Notes: generated by a model not told the origin, from the sequence alone. Counted from the first letter of the stretch, positions 18,442 through 29,089 are shown. The stretch: 64,000 nt of DNA from Candidatus Eiseniibacteriota bacterium (GCA_963707915.1 OY970178.1:2016001-2080000), one strand, 5' to 3'. Translations and numbers: made by a program.

Positions 18442-21400
18442 TCACCGGAGCAGCAGCATCTTCCGCTGCTGGACGACGCTCCCGACCTGCAGCCGGCAGA
18501 AGTAGACGCCGCTGGCGATCCCCTTCACGTCGAGGTCGACGCGGTAGCGCCCCGCGGCCTGCGGCTGGTCGACGAGCTTGCGCACCTCGCGGCCCTGCAG
18601 GTCGTACATCCGTAGCGAGACGTGCTGCGCCACCGGGATCGCGTAGGCGATGCTGGTGGAGTTGCGGAACGGGTTCGGCGCGTTCTGCGCGAGCATCACG
18701 GCGCGCGGGACGCCCAGGGTGACGTCGGTCACCCGCACGGAGTCGCTGCCGCCGAACTGGTAGTAGCGGGCGGTGAACTCCTGCAGGTACTGGTTGGCGA
18801 TGTCGGGGTCGTGGAGGATGAAGGTGTTCTCGTTGTTCGAGTTCTCCGCCGAGGCCGACCAGTTGTGCGAGCCGGTCAGGGTCACGCCGTCCCAGGTCGG
18901 GTTGTCCGCGTCCATCAGGGCGTACTTGTGGTGGAGCAGGCCCCCGCCGGTGTTCAGGCGCACGTCCACGCCCGACGCGACCAGGCCGGCGTATTCCGAG
19001 CCGGAGTCGGTGCCGTTGTCCAGGTCCCCGCGGACCTTGAGCCCGGCCGTCTTCCGCGCGATCAGGGCGGCGGCGATGTCCGACCGGGTCAGCGTGAGCA
19101 CCTCGAAGCCGACCGAGTGCTGGGCCGCGTTGATCGCCGAGATGATCTGCCAGTTCGCACCGTCGGAGGGGCTGAAGTAGCAGGACGCCGCGTGACCTCC
19201 GATGACGAACTTGTGCGGCGTGTCGTCCAGCTTGCGCGCCCCGAAGCGCGAGTTCGCGGCGTTCGGCACGTCGGTGTCGCTCCCCCACATCTCGTCGAAC
19301 TCGAGCGTGTAGACGACGGCCAGGGCCTGGTCCTGCACTTCGATCGCGTTCTGGTAGTCGCTGTTCGTGCCGGGGTCGGTGAGGTTCCACGACCCGGTCC
19401 ACACCCAGGTGCTCTCGGGCGCGCCGCCGCGCGAGTCGACCACGAAGAACTTGTCGTGCATGAGCCCGGCGCCGTAGTTGATCGGGTCGAACTTGTCGTC
19501 GATCAGCGGGATCCCGCTGCCGGCGACCGTGTTGAACGCGAGCGTGTTGCGGTTGTCGGCCTCGCAGATGACCCGCACCTTCACGCCCCGGTTCCTGGCG
19601 CTGACCAGCGCATCGGCGATGGTGCCGCCCACCGTGCCGCTCATGCTGTAGACCGCGCAGTCGATCGAGCGCCGGGCGTTGTCGATGCGCGTCTTGAGCC
19701 GCGCGACCAGGTCCTGGTTGCCGTTGGCCGGGTGCAGCCAGGCCACGGCCGTGTCCACGCTCTTGTTGAAGTAGGCATTGATCTCGCCCGTGGTCTGCGC
19801 GGGCGAGGCGGTGCAGAAGACGCGGGTGGTCGAGAAGTTGGCGCCGTTCACGTCGGCCGATCCGACGCTGTAGTGGTAGACGGTCGCCGGCGCAAGCCCG
19901 GGAAGCTCCACGTCGTGCGCGGTCACCGGGTCCGCGACGACCACGCTGTCGCCGAGCGCCGCGGTGAGCCCGTAGCGGACGATGCTGCTCGCGGCCACGT
20001 CCGTGGTCCAGTGCAGCTGCACCGACGAGGGCAGGATGTGGTCCTCGTAGGGGGTGGTGAGGATGATCGGGCCCGGGTGCCCGATGATGTCGTCGGGCGA
20101 GCGCGGCGAGATCTCGTAGTCGGCGGTGAAGGGCGGCGGAACCGGGTTGGTGCCGGCCTTGTACTGCTTGAGGATGCCGATCACGTCGAACACGCTCGGC
20201 GTCGGCGGATAGCTGAGCGGGATGTAGATCATCGTCGTGCCGGAGGCGTCGGTGATCATCGAGGTCGTCGAGTTGTAGCTCGCGCCGTTGATGCGGATCA
20301 GGCGGCCCTCGTTCGGCTCGGTGCCGTCCGGGTGGAACGTGGCGTTGACGTCGGCGCAGGTGACGACCAGCGGCTCCGGCGCCGGCCGGCCGGTGGCGAT
20401 CACCTGGAGCGAGGAGAAGTCCACCGTGATCTCCGTGAGGCCGCGGAACTGCGCGATCGACCCGCTGACGAGGACGCTGTCGCCGGGCGCGAGCGTGACC
20501 GGGGGCGCGCCGTAGGCGAAGCAGTCGATGCCACCCGTGCCGTCCTGCACGTAGAAGTCGGTGTTGGTGCCGCTCCAGTTCACGGTGACGGTGCCCGAGA
20601 CGGTCACCGAGGAGCCGGCCGCGTACGGCGCCGCCGCCACACCCGTCGTGGGGTCGTTGACGTGGACGCTCACGATCGGGACCAGCGTCACCACGCGGAC
20701 CTTCGGCTGCTTGACGACCTGGGTCAGCGTCCCGGACGCGACGGCGCTCCGCAGCGTGAAGGTCGTCGTACCGGTGGCGACCGGTGCGGTGAGGTTCGAG
20801 AGGGTCACCAGGCCGCTGTCCGCGGGGGTGACCGCGGCGCCGGCGATGAACAGCGTGTCGGCGACGAGCGAGGGCGTGGCGGAGGTGAAGGCCGTCCCCG
20901 TCAGGGCGACGTCCGTCAGCGAGCGCGACCAGGTCCAGTCCGACGGGATCAGGATCGCCAGGTCCGTCAGCGTGTAGGCCGAGTCCTGGGCGACGGAGAA
21001 CGCCAGCGAGGGCACGGCGTGCTCGGTGAGGACCGTGGCGGGCGCGGCGCTGCCGCGGCCGGTCCCGTTGCCTCCGGAGGCGAAGGCAGGCTCCGGCGGG
21101 TTGCCGCTGTTCTGCGGGTTGCGGCCGTTGGTCTGCGTGACGAAGTCGTTGCCGTTGACGTTGGTGTCCTGCCCGTTCCCGGCGAACTCCTCGGAGCCGC
21201 CCGCCGCGAGCGTCGCCGCGGTGGAGGTCACGGACGCCTTGCGCTCGACGCTGTTGCCATTCGCGCTCGTGCCGTGATTCGGCGCGGCCGCGCCGCCCTC
21301 GGGATTGACCGCGCTGCCCCAGCCGACCTTGTCCACCTCGACGGCCGAGGCGTCGATGATGCGCTCGTGGCCGTTGTCCGCCATGCCCGTGCCGGAGGTC

Positions 21401-21753
21401 CAGAGCCCCGAGGAGTAGTCCGCCGTGACCGAGCCCACGTACGACGTGTTGACGATCAGGTAGAACCCGTGCGGCTGGATGAGCGTGCCCGCGGGCAGGA
21501 TGGCGCGGTCGCTCCACGTGCTGCCGTTGGTCGCGGAGGAGTACTGGAGCTTCCAGCCGCCGATGTCGATCGCGGTGGCGGTCGGGTTGTAGAGCTCGAC
21601 GAACTCGTCGGTGGCGACCGCGGGCCCGCGCGTGGCGAACTCGCTGATGACGACGTGCGTGGCGGCCGCCTTGGCCGGGGGCACCGCGAGCAGGAGGAGC
21701 GCCAGGATCGCGAGCAGGACGGGAGCGCTGGAACGGCGTGGCAGGAGACGCAT
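18442..21753 (-). CDS. Secreted multidomain phospholipase D-family protein (lamin-tail, OB-like, Fn3, 2x HKD, C-terminal sorting domain)
   Basis: Signal peptide; VVISEF...DEFVELYNPT; HKD motifs MHDKFFVVD/TGSWN and LHHKYALMD/TGSHNWS; C-terminus QNAPNPF...YDLQGR...SGVYFCRL...RKMLLLR. Confidence 0.85.
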   Translation of the reverse strand: MRLLPRRSSAPVLLAILALLLLAVPPAKAAATHVVISEFATRGPAVATDEFVELYNPTATAIDIGGWKLQYSSATNGSTWSDRAILPAGTLIQPHGFYLIVNTSYVGSVTADYSSGLWTSGTGMADNGHERIIDASAVEVDKVGWGSAVNPEGGAAAPNHGTSANGNSVERKASVTSTAATLAAGGSEEFAGNGQDTNVNGNDFVTQTNGRNPQNSGNPPEPAFASGGNGTGRGSAAPATVLTEHAVPSLAFSVAQDSAYTLTDLAILIPSDWTWSRSLTDVALTGTAFTSATPSLVADTLFIAGAAVTPADSGLVTLSNLTAPVATGTTTFTLRSAVASGTLTQVVKQPKVRVVTLVPIVSVHVNDPTTGVAAAPYAAGSSVTVSGTVTVNWSGTNTDFYVQDGTGGIDCFAYGAPPVTLAPGDSVLVSGSIAQFRGLTEITVDFSSLQVIATGRPAPEPLVVTCADVNATFHPDGTEPNEGRLIRINGASYNSTTSMITDASGTTMIYIPLSYPPTPSVFDVIGILKQYKAGTNPVPPPFTADYEISPRSPDDIIGHPGPIILTTPYEDHILPSSVQLHWTTDVAASSIVRYGLTAALGDSVVVADPVTAHDVELPGLAPATVYHYSVGSADVNGANFSTTRVFCTASPAQTTGEINAYFNKSVDTAVAWLHPANGNQDLVARLKTRIDNARRSIDCAVYSMSGTVGGTIADALVSARNRGVKVRVICEADNRNTLAFNTVAGSGIPLIDDKFDPINYGAGLMHDKFFVVDSRGGAPESTWVWTGSWNLTDPGTNSDYQNAIEVQDQALAVVYTLEFDEMWGSDTDVPNAANSRFGARKLDDTPHKFVIGGHAASCYFSPSDGANWQIISAINAAQHSVGFEVLTLTRSDIAAALIARKTAGLKVRGDLDNGTDSGSEYAGLVASGVDVRLNTGGGLLHHKYALMDADNPTWDGVTLTGSHNWSASAENSNNENTFILHDPDIANQYLQEFTARYYQFGGSDSVRVTDVTLGVPRAVMLAQNAPNPFRNSTSIAYAIPVAQHVSLRMYDLQGREVRKLVDQPQAAGRYRVDLDVKGIASGVYFCRLQVGSVVQQRKMLLLR

Positions 21754-21929
21754 CGGGACTCCTCATCTGGGATGGGTTGGACGGCGGTCTCGTGCCTCAA
21801 GCGTATCACGGGGGGGGCGGTGGCACGTCATGCCCCGCGGCAGGGGCCGCCGCGCGCCGGACCGCCCCGGGAGCGCACGCGGGCCGGGTCCCGGGCGCCC
21901 GCACCGCCGCGGAGGCCCACGGCGCCCGT

Positions 21930-22814
21930 CTACGCCTTCCCGGCCAGCATCCCCTCGAGCCCGCGCAGCTCCGCCGTCACCTCGTCCATCTCGGCCAGGT
22001 CGGGCGCCACGCCGTGGACGCCGTGCTCCAGCGCGTAGCGCACGCCTTCCGCCAGACTGCAGAGCCCGCCTGCCCGCAGGTCGGCGGCGACGAACGGCAC
22101 GCCGCCCAGCGCGAGCTCCTTCAACGTCTCCGCGGGGCGCGGCTTCATCCCCAGGCCGCGCGGGTTCACCGGGCCCACGACGAAGTCGGGGCCGACGCCC
22201 CATTCGCGCAGGCGCTGCACCAGCAACCCCGGGTTGCGGGTCTCGAAGCCCGCCGCGGCGCGGAAGCGCGAGCGCACGAAACGCGGCAGCGATTCGAAGA
22301 ACCGGCGATGCCCGCCCGCCAGCGCCGCGTCGGTGAGCGGCGCGGCGATGACGATGCCGGCCAGGCCACGGCGCGGCAGCAGGCGCGCCCCGGCCTCGAG
22401 CAGCACCGGCGCGCGCGCCGCGAGGTCGCCGCGGCGGAACGCGGCGAACCGCACGAACCCGGCCAGGTTCATGCGCAGGCGCCCGGCGAGGTCCGCGTCG
22501 CGGCGCGCGCGCGCGATCAGCGGCTCCACGCCGGGATCGAGCATGCGATAGGCCTGCGGGCTCAGCGCGGGCAGGACGGCGTAGATCGGCACGGTGCGCG
22601 CCAGCTCGGCCAGCGCGGTGCGCAACGCGGGCGAAGGCGAGCCGAGCACGCCGGCGGCCCCCGCGTCCACCGCCTTCACCAGGGTCACGGCCAGCGACTC
22701 GGGCTCGCGGAAGCGGTTCTGGATCTCGAGCAGGCGCTCGCGCGGAGCGCGGGTCACGCCGTCCAGCGAGCGCACCGACAGCAGCAGCCGGGGCGCGGCG
22801 TAGGTGCGCTTCAC
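21930..22814 (-). CDS. Hypothetical protein translationally coupled to the oxidoreductase
   Basis: GTG start overlaps the upstream stop (GTGA); GC3-rich; motifs GFETRN and DFVVGPVNPRGLGMKP. Confidence 0.6.
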   Translation of the reverse strand: MKRTYAAPRLLLSVRSLDGVTRAPRERLLEIQNRFREPESLAVTLVKAVDAGAAGVLGSPSPALRTALAELARTVPIYAVLPALSPQAYRMLDPGVEPLIARARRDADLAGRLRMNLAGFVRFAAFRRGDLAARAPVLLEAGARLLPRRGLAGIVIAAPLTDAALAGGHRRFFESLPRFVRSRFRAAAGFETRNPGLLVQRLREWGVGPDFVVGPVNPRGLGMKPRPAETLKELALGGVPFVAADLRAGGLCSLAEGVRYALEHGVHGVAPDLAEMDEVTAELRGLEGMLAGKA

Positions 22815-23908
22815 GACGCCACCTTCACGCGGGCGCCGCCGGCCGCCGCCGAGCGGTAGAGCGCGTCCATCACGCGATGGGCGTCGAGCGCGGCGAAGGC
22901 CTCGTTCGGCGGCACCGCGCCACCCGCCACCCAGTCCAGGAAGGCGGCGTCGTGCGACCAGAGCGTCTCGCCGCCGAAGTCGAACCGCGCCGGCGCGTCG
23001 AAGTCGGCGTCGCGCAGGCGCGAGTAGCCGGTGGGGAAGCCGGCGCCGGCCCGCGAGAGGTCCAACTCCAGCGCCTCGTCCGACGCCAGCAGCTTGCCGT
23101 CGGGGCCGTCCAGCTCGATGACGGTCGAGGCCCGCGTGTATCCGGGCACGCTCCAGGAACAGTCGAACCCGACCTCCGCGCCGCCGGGCAGGGTCATCAT
23201 GCCGTGCAGCTCGTCCTCGACCGCGCCGTAGAGCAGGTTCCACTCGGCGCGGACCTCGACCGGCACGCCCAGCATCCGGACCAGCACGAACAGCAGGTCC
23301 GAACCGAGGTGGGCCACCACGCCGCCGGCCACCCGGCGCAGGTCGAGCCGGCCGGGGCCGCGCCGCGGACGGGGCGCGAACACGCGGGAGACGAACATGG
23401 CCGAGCGGGCGTGCTCCACCGGGCCGAGCGCCCCCTCCCGCACCACCTCGTGGACGCGCGCGAAGACCGGTTCGAAGGCGAGCGGGTGCCCCACGGCGAG
23501 CGGGATGCGGCGCTTCGAGGCCAGCTCGACCAGCGCCTCGGCCTCTTCGAGCGTGCGCGCCATGGGGCGCTCGACCAGGACCGGGATGCCCGCCTCGAGC
23601 ACCATCCGGGCCACCCGGGCGCGCTCGTGCTGCGCGACACAGACCACCACCGCCTCGGGACGGACCTTGTCGAGCAGGCGCTCGACGCGGGCGAAGGCCG
23701 GCATCGCGAAGCCCAGGCCGCGCAGCCCGGCGCGGGAGGAGGCGCGCGGATCGGCCACGGCGACGATCTCGCAGCCCGGGATGTGGGCCAGCATGGCCGC
23801 GTGCGCGACGCCGGCGCGGCCGAGGCCGACCACCGCCACGCGCTGGATGTTCGTGAGGGGCGTCGTCCGATCCTCGGTGTCGCCCGATGGGCCAGCCATG
23901 GCACTCAT
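22811..23908 (-). CDS. Gfo/Idh/MocA family oxidoreductase
   Basis: RVAVVGLGRAG, VLVERPMA (EKP-like), GGVVAHLGSD. Start is 23908 or 23899. Confidence 0.85.
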   Translation of the reverse strand: MSAMAGPSGDTEDRTTPLTNIQRVAVVGLGRAGVAHAAMLAHIPGCEIVAVADPRASSRAGLRGLGFAMPAFARVERLLDKVRPEAVVVCVAQHERARVARMVLEAGIPVLVERPMARTLEEAEALVELASKRRIPLAVGHPLAFEPVFARVHEVVREGALGPVEHARSAMFVSRVFAPRPRRGPGRLDLRRVAGGVVAHLGSDLLFVLVRMLGVPVEVRAEWNLLYGAVEDELHGMMTLPGGAEVGFDCSWSVPGYTRASTVIELDGPDGKLLASDEALELDLSRAGAGFPTGYSRLRDADFDAPARFDFGGETLWSHDAAFLDWVAGGAVPPNEAFAALDAHRVMDALYRSAAAGGARVKVAS

Positions 23909-24000
23909 GGGGGGCAGGCTACACGCACAGGTCCCCCCGCGGCAATGCGGCGCGGTCCTCGCAGGGCCCCGTCGGGGGCCACGCTGACGGACGGCGGCGC

Positions 24001-27000
24001 TCAGGCCAAGCTGGCCTCGGAGTGCGGGACCCGGGCCGGCGCTGCGGCCAGGTCGGCCTCGGGGGACGCGTCGTGCGCCTTCGCGACCAGGGTGTAGATC
24101 GCGGGCACGACGAACAGCGTGAAGGCGGTGCCGATGATCATGCCGCTCACCAGCGTGATGCCGATGCTGTTGCGCGCGCCGGCTCCGGGGCCGCGGGCGA
24201 AGATCAGCGGCAGGTGGCCGAACACCGTCGCCGCGGTGGTCATGAGGATGGGCCGCAGCCGCGTGCCCGCTGCCTCGATGACCGCCCGCGCCTTGTCGTG
24301 TCCGGTCTCCTGCAGGTGGTTGGCGAACTGGACGATCAGGATGCCGTTCTTCGCGACCAGCCCGACCAGCGTGATGAGCCCGACCTGGCTGTAGATGTTG
24401 AGCGACGTGAACCCGAGGAAGGTGAACATCAGCGCGCCCGTGAGGGCCAGTGGCGCGGACCCCGCCAGGATCACGAACGGGTCGCGGAAGCTCTCGAACT
24501 GGGCCGCCAGCACCAGGAAGATCAGGATCGCCGACAGCAGGAACACCCCGAGGAACTTGCCGCCTTCGGCGCGCAGCTGGCGGGATTCGCCCGCGTAATC
24601 GATCGTGTACCCGCGCGGCAGGATCTTGCGGGCCTCGCCCTCGAGGAATCCCAGCGCGCGCTCGAGCGGCACGCCCGGCGGGATCACCGCCTGGATCCGC
24701 ACGGCGTTCAGCTGCTGGAACCGCTTGAGCTCGCGCGGTTGCGTGCTGTTCTGCAGCGTGGCGAAGGTGGACAGCGGCACCAGCTTGCCGTCCGGCCCGC
24801 TCACGTAGACCGTCAGCAGCTGCTCGGGCGTCAGCCGCTCGCTCCGCACGACCTGCGGGATGACCTTGTAGCTGCGTCCCTGGATGCTGAACCGGTTGAC
24901 GAAGTTGCCGCCGAGCATGACGGAAAGGTCCTGGCCGACCTGGCTCATGTTCACGCCCAGCGAGCGCACCTTGTCGCGGTCGAAGACGACCTCCGCCTGC
25001 GGCTGGTCGAACTTGAGGTCGGTGTCCACGAACATGAACATGCCGCTGGAGTAGGCGCTCTTCACCAGCTGGTTCGCAAAGGCCAGCAGCTGCTCCGGCT
25101 CGGCGGTGGCGGCGATGACCAGGTCCACGGGGAAGCTGCTGCCACCAGGCAGCGGCGCGGGCGTCACGGCGATCGCGCGGACACCGGGGATCTTCGAGAA
25201 CCCGCCGGCCACCTGCAGCTGGAGCTGGGCGGTGCTGCGCGTGCGCTCGTTCCAGGGCCGGGTGACCAGGCCGGCGAAGCCGCCGGCCGGCGTGGTGACC
25301 TGGAAGATGTTCCGGGTCTCGGGGAACGAGCGGTAGACGTCGTAGACGCGTGAGGTGAACAGCTTCGTCTGGTCGAGGGTGGCGTCCGGCGCCGCCTGCA
25401 CGATGCCGAAGATGACGCCCTGGTCCTCCTTCGGCGCCAGCTCGCGCGGCGTGAACAGGTAGAAGGGCACCATGAGCAGCACGACGATCAGCCACAGGAC
25501 CAGCACGACCGGGCGGTTCCGGATGGTCGCCCCCAGCATCCGCATGTAGAACTGGCGGAGGCGCTCGAACTGCCGGTTGATGTGGCCCGCGAAGCCGCGC
25601 TCGTCGTCACCGGAGCGCAGCATGCGGGAGCCCATCATCGGTGACAGCGTGAGCGCGACCAGTCCCGAGACGATGACGGCGCCGGCCAGGGTGAATGCGA
25701 ACTCCCGGAACAGCGCGCCGGTCAGGCCGCCCTGGATCGCCAGCGGCGTGTAGACGGCGGCCAGCGTGATGGTCATGGCGATGATCGGGCCCACCAGCTC
25801 GCGCGCCGCGAGGATCGCGGCGGTCATGGGCTTCTCGCCCCGCTGCACGTGCCGCTCGATGTTCTCGAGCATGACGATCGCGTCGTCGACCACCAGGCCC
25901 ACCGACAGCACGATGGCCAGCAGCGTCAGCAGGTTGATGGTGAAGCCCGCGACCTGCATGAGGAACACCGCGCCGATGAGCGAGATCGGGATGGCGACGA
26001 CCGGGATGATCAGGCCGCGCACCGAGCCGAGGAACAGGAAGATGACGAGGATGACGATGAGCAGCGTCTCCGCCAGGGTCTTGAGAACCTCCCGGATGGA
26101 GTCCTCGATGTATGCCGTCGAGTCGTACGGGATGCCCGCCGTCATCCCCTCGGGCAGTTGGGCCTGGACCTCCTTCATGGCCTCGCGCACCCGCCGGATG
26201 ACCTCGAGCGTGTTCGCGGTCGGCAGCACCCAGATCCCCATGAAGGTCGCCGCCTGCCCGTTGAACCGCACCTCGCTGTCGTAGTCCTCCGCGCCGAGCG
26301 CCACGTCCGCGATGTCGCCCAGGCGCACGACGTCGCCGCCCTGCTGCTGGACCACCAACTGGCGGAAGTCCTCGGGCGACTTGAGGTCGGTGTTGGCCAC
26401 GAGGTTCACCGACACCATGGTGCCCCGCGTGCGGCCCAGCGCGGACAGGTAGTTGTTCTGCGCGAGCGCGTTCCACACCTGCGACGGCGACAGCCCGTGG
26501 GCGGCCATGGGCTCGGGCTTGAGCCAGATGCGCATGGCGAACGTGCGCCCGCCGAGGATGTCGGCGCGCTGGACGCCGCTCACCGCGCTCAGTCGCGGCT
26601 GCACGACGCGCGTGAGGTAGTCGCTGATCTGGTTCTGGTCGAGGTCCTTCGAGGCGAAGCCCAGGTACATCGCGGCGAACTGCGACTCGGCGGTCTGCAC
26701 CTGGATGATGGGCGCCTCGGCCTCGGGCGGCAGGTCGTTGCGCACCTGCGCCACCTTGGCCTGGACCTGGGTGAGTGCCGCGTTGGTGTCGTAGTTGAGC
26801 TTGAGATGCACCGTGATGGTGCTGACGCCCTGCGCGCTCGACGACTCCAGGTAGTCGATGCCGTCGGCGCTGGCGATCACGCGTTCGATCGGCGTGGTGA
26901 TGAACCCGCGCACCAGGTCGGCGTTCGCACCCACGTAGACCGTGGTCACCGTCACCACGGCGATGTCCGTGCGCGGGAACTGCCGCACGCTGAGCGAGCG

Positions 27001-27087
27001 GATCGACTGCAGCCCGGCGATCAGGATCACCAGGCTGACGACGATCGCCAGGACCGGCCGGCGGATGAACAGGTCGGTGATCTGCAT
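24001..27087 (-). CDS. RND efflux permease (AcrB/MexW-like)
   Basis: FIRRPVLAIV, GLVVDDAIVMLENI, ALTLSPMM, GLVAKNGILIV, RLRPILMTT. Confidence 0.95.
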   Translation of the reverse strand: MQITDLFIRRPVLAIVVSLVILIAGLQSIRSLSVRQFPRTDIAVVTVTTVYVGANADLVRGFITTPIERVIASADGIDYLESSSAQGVSTITVHLKLNYDTNAALTQVQAKVAQVRNDLPPEAEAPIIQVQTAESQFAAMYLGFASKDLDQNQISDYLTRVVQPRLSAVSGVQRADILGGRTFAMRIWLKPEPMAAHGLSPSQVWNALAQNNYLSALGRTRGTMVSVNLVANTDLKSPEDFRQLVVQQQGGDVVRLGDIADVALGAEDYDSEVRFNGQAATFMGIWVLPTANTLEVIRRVREAMKEVQAQLPEGMTAGIPYDSTAYIEDSIREVLKTLAETLLIVILVIFLFLGSVRGLIIPVVAIPISLIGAVFLMQVAGFTINLLTLLAIVLSVGLVVDDAIVMLENIERHVQRGEKPMTAAILAARELVGPIIAMTITLAAVYTPLAIQGGLTGALFREFAFTLAGAVIVSGLVALTLSPMMGSRMLRSGDDERGFAGHINRQFERLRQFYMRMLGATIRNRPVVLVLWLIVVLLMVPFYLFTPRELAPKEDQGVIFGIVQAAPDATLDQTKLFTSRVYDVYRSFPETRNIFQVTTPAGGFAGLVTRPWNERTRSTAQLQLQVAGGFSKIPGVRAIAVTPAPLPGGSSFPVDLVIAATAEPEQLLAFANQLVKSAYSSGMFMFVDTDLKFDQPQAEVVFDRDKVRSLGVNMSQVGQDLSVMLGGNFVNRFSIQGRSYKVIPQVVRSERLTPEQLLTVYVSGPDGKLVPLSTFATLQNSTQPRELKRFQQLNAVRIQAVIPPGVPLERALGFLEGEARKILPRGYTIDYAGESRQLRAEGGKFLGVFLLSAILIFLVLAAQFESFRDPFVILAGSAPLALTGALMFTFLGFTSLNIYSQVGLITLVGLVAKNGILIVQFANHLQETGHDKARAVIEAAGTRLRPILMTTAATVFGHLPLIFARGPGAGARNSIGITLVSGMIIGTAFTLFVVPAIYTLVAKAHDASPEADLAAAPARVPHSEASLA

Positions 27088-28211
27088 CAGCTGTTCTTCG
27101 GGCTGGGCGCGAGGCTGTTCGACGGCTGGACCCGGTTGTCCACGATCACGGCCGCGTGCGGCCGCAGCTTGAACGCCCCCGAGGACACGACCTCCTCCCC
27201 CGGCTTGACCCCATCGAGGATCACCACCTGGTCGCCCTGCGTGGCGCCCAGCCTCACGAACTGCTGGCGCACGCCGAGGTAGCCCTTGCCGTCCGGGCCG
27301 GTCTGCTTCTCGACGATGAACACCGAGTTGCCGTACGGGGCATAGCTGATGGCCGAGGCGGGCAGGGCGATGAGCGGGGCGCTCGTGCCGAACATGACCT
27401 TCACCGTCACGTAGGCGCCCGCCCGCAGGCGGCCCTGCCGGTTCCGGAAGGTCGCCTGGACCTGCACGTTCCGCGTCGCCTCGTCCACCACCGGGTTCAC
27501 CGCGGTGATCCGCCCGACGGCCGTCGTCCGCGCGCCGCTGTCGGACGCCTGGACCGTGGCGCCGACGCGGATCGCCCCGACCTGCTGCTGCGGCACGGCG
27601 AAGTTCACGTAGATCGGGTCCTCGGTCTGGATCGGCACGATCGGGTCACCGCTGCGCACGTACTGGCCGAGGTTCACCTGGCGGATGCCGACCACGCCGG
27701 TGAACGGCGCCCGGATCGTCTTGCGCCCGATGCTGGCCCGGATCGCGTCGGCCGCCGCTTTCGACTCGGCGAGCTGCGCGACCAGGTCGTCGTAGTCCGA
27801 GTGCGAGATGAGCTGCTGGTCGAACAGCTTCTTCCCGCGGTCGAGGCGGGTCTGGTCGAGCCCGCGCTGCGCCTCGGCCGAAGCCAGCTGGGCGCGCTCC
27901 TGCCGCGTGTCGAGCAGGACCAGCGTCTGGCCGGCGCGCACGTGGGCGCCCGACTCGAACGCGATGCTGTCCACCACGCCGGGCTGGTCCCCGCTGAGCA
28001 TGACGCCCTGCACCGGGGCGACGCTCCCGGTCGCCTCGAGCGAGGCCTCCCACCGCTGCGGCCGGGCGACCACCGTGGTCACGGCCTCGGGTGGGGGCGC
28101 GAAGGACTTGCCCATCGCCATCGCCACCCGGATCTGCTGGAACTTCACCAGGCCGAGGGCGGTGACCACCACCACGACGGCCAAGAGCATCTGGAGCATA
28201 CGCCTGTTCAT
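27087..28211 (-). CDS. RND efflux periplasmic adaptor subunit
   Basis: N-terminal TM, V.AGQ.LV.LD, IRAPFTGVVG, PVVDEATRNVQV; coupled to the permease. Confidence 0.92.
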   Translation of the reverse strand: MNRRMLQMLLAVVVVVTALGLVKFQQIRVAMAMGKSFAPPPEAVTTVVARPQRWEASLEATGSVAPVQGVMLSGDQPGVVDSIAFESGAHVRAGQTLVLLDTRQERAQLASAEAQRGLDQTRLDRGKKLFDQQLISHSDYDDLVAQLAESKAAADAIRASIGRKTIRAPFTGVVGIRQVNLGQYVRSGDPIVPIQTEDPIYVNFAVPQQQVGAIRVGATVQASDSGARTTAVGRITAVNPVVDEATRNVQVQATFRNRQGRLRAGAYVTVKVMFGTSAPLIALPASAISYAPYGNSVFIVEKQTGPDGKGYLGVRQQFVRLGATQGDQVVILDGVKPGEEVVSSGAFKLRPHAAVIVDNRVQPSNSLAPSPKNS

Positions 28212-28456
28212 GGGGTGTTCTCCCGAACGGTCAGGAGGCACTGGGTGGACCTCGGCCCCCGGGCCGTGCGCCTCCGGCTACCCTGATTCCGCACCGGGCC
28301 CGGCGGCTGAGCCCGCCGGACCTGGGACGCTGCCATGGACCCGATAGGATGCGTTCGGTACGGGGGGGGATTCCTTCCAGCGGACGGAGCCCCTTACCCG
28401 GGGGCCCGGAACCCGCATTCGCGGGCCGGCCGGCCGGCGACGACCGCAGGCGCGCA

Positions 28457-28486
28457 AGGCCCCCGGGACGCCCGTCCCGGGGGCCT
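28457..28486 (-). terminator. GC-rich hairpin downstream of the second kor operon
   Basis: AGGCCCCCGGGACG / CGTCCCGGGGGCCT perfect 14-bp inverted repeat about 35 nt after the korC stop; no strong U-tract. Confidence 0.55.
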
Positions 28487-28519
28487 CGTTCGATCGCGCG
28501 ACCGGTCCGCTGCTCCCGG

Positions 28520-29089
28520 TCAGCCTCCCGTCGCCGCCGGGGTGCGTCCGACGAGCAACTCCTCGGCGAACTCGCGGCCCTTCTCGAAGGCCTTCATGTT
28601 CAGCTCTTCCGTGCCCGCCGGGACCGAGTGGCGCAGCGCCTCCCGCATGGCCTCCATCGGCACCAGCCGGGTGATCGCCGAGAAGAAGCCCAGCATCACC
28701 ACGTTCTGCACCAGCACCCGGCCGAGCGACTCGGCGATCTGGGTGGAGGGAATGCCATAGGCACGCTGCCCGGGCTTGACGACCGGGTGGACCAGGTTCG
28801 CCTCGTAGACCACCACGCCGTCGTCCTTCAGCTCCTCCTTGTACAGCTCGAAGCCCTCCGACGACATCGCCACGAGGACGTCCGGATGCCGCACGTACGG
28901 ATAGAGCACCTCGGTCTCCGACATCGCCAGCGTGGCGCTGCACGCGGAGCCGCGGGCCTCGGGGCCGAAGCTCTGGATCATCGCGGCGTGCTTGCCGGCG
29001 TGGACCGCCCAGGCGCGCCCGATCACGGTGCTGATCAGCACCACGCCCTGCCCGCCGTAGCCGGTGACGCGGACCTCAGTCCTGCCCAT
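28520..29089 (-). CDS. korC: 2-oxoacid:ferredoxin oxidoreductase gamma subunit (copy 2)
   Basis: RVTGYGGQG, QSFGPEARGS, NVVMLG, NMKAFEKG. Confidence 0.92.
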   Translation of the reverse strand: MGRTEVRVTGYGGQGVVLISTVIGRAWAVHAGKHAAMIQSFGPEARGSACSATLAMSETEVLYPYVRHPDVLVAMSSEGFELYKEELKDDGVVVYEANLVHPVVKPGQRAYGIPSTQIAESLGRVLVQNVVMLGFFSAITRLVPMEAMREALRHSVPAGTEELNMKAFEKGREFAEELLVGRTPAATGG

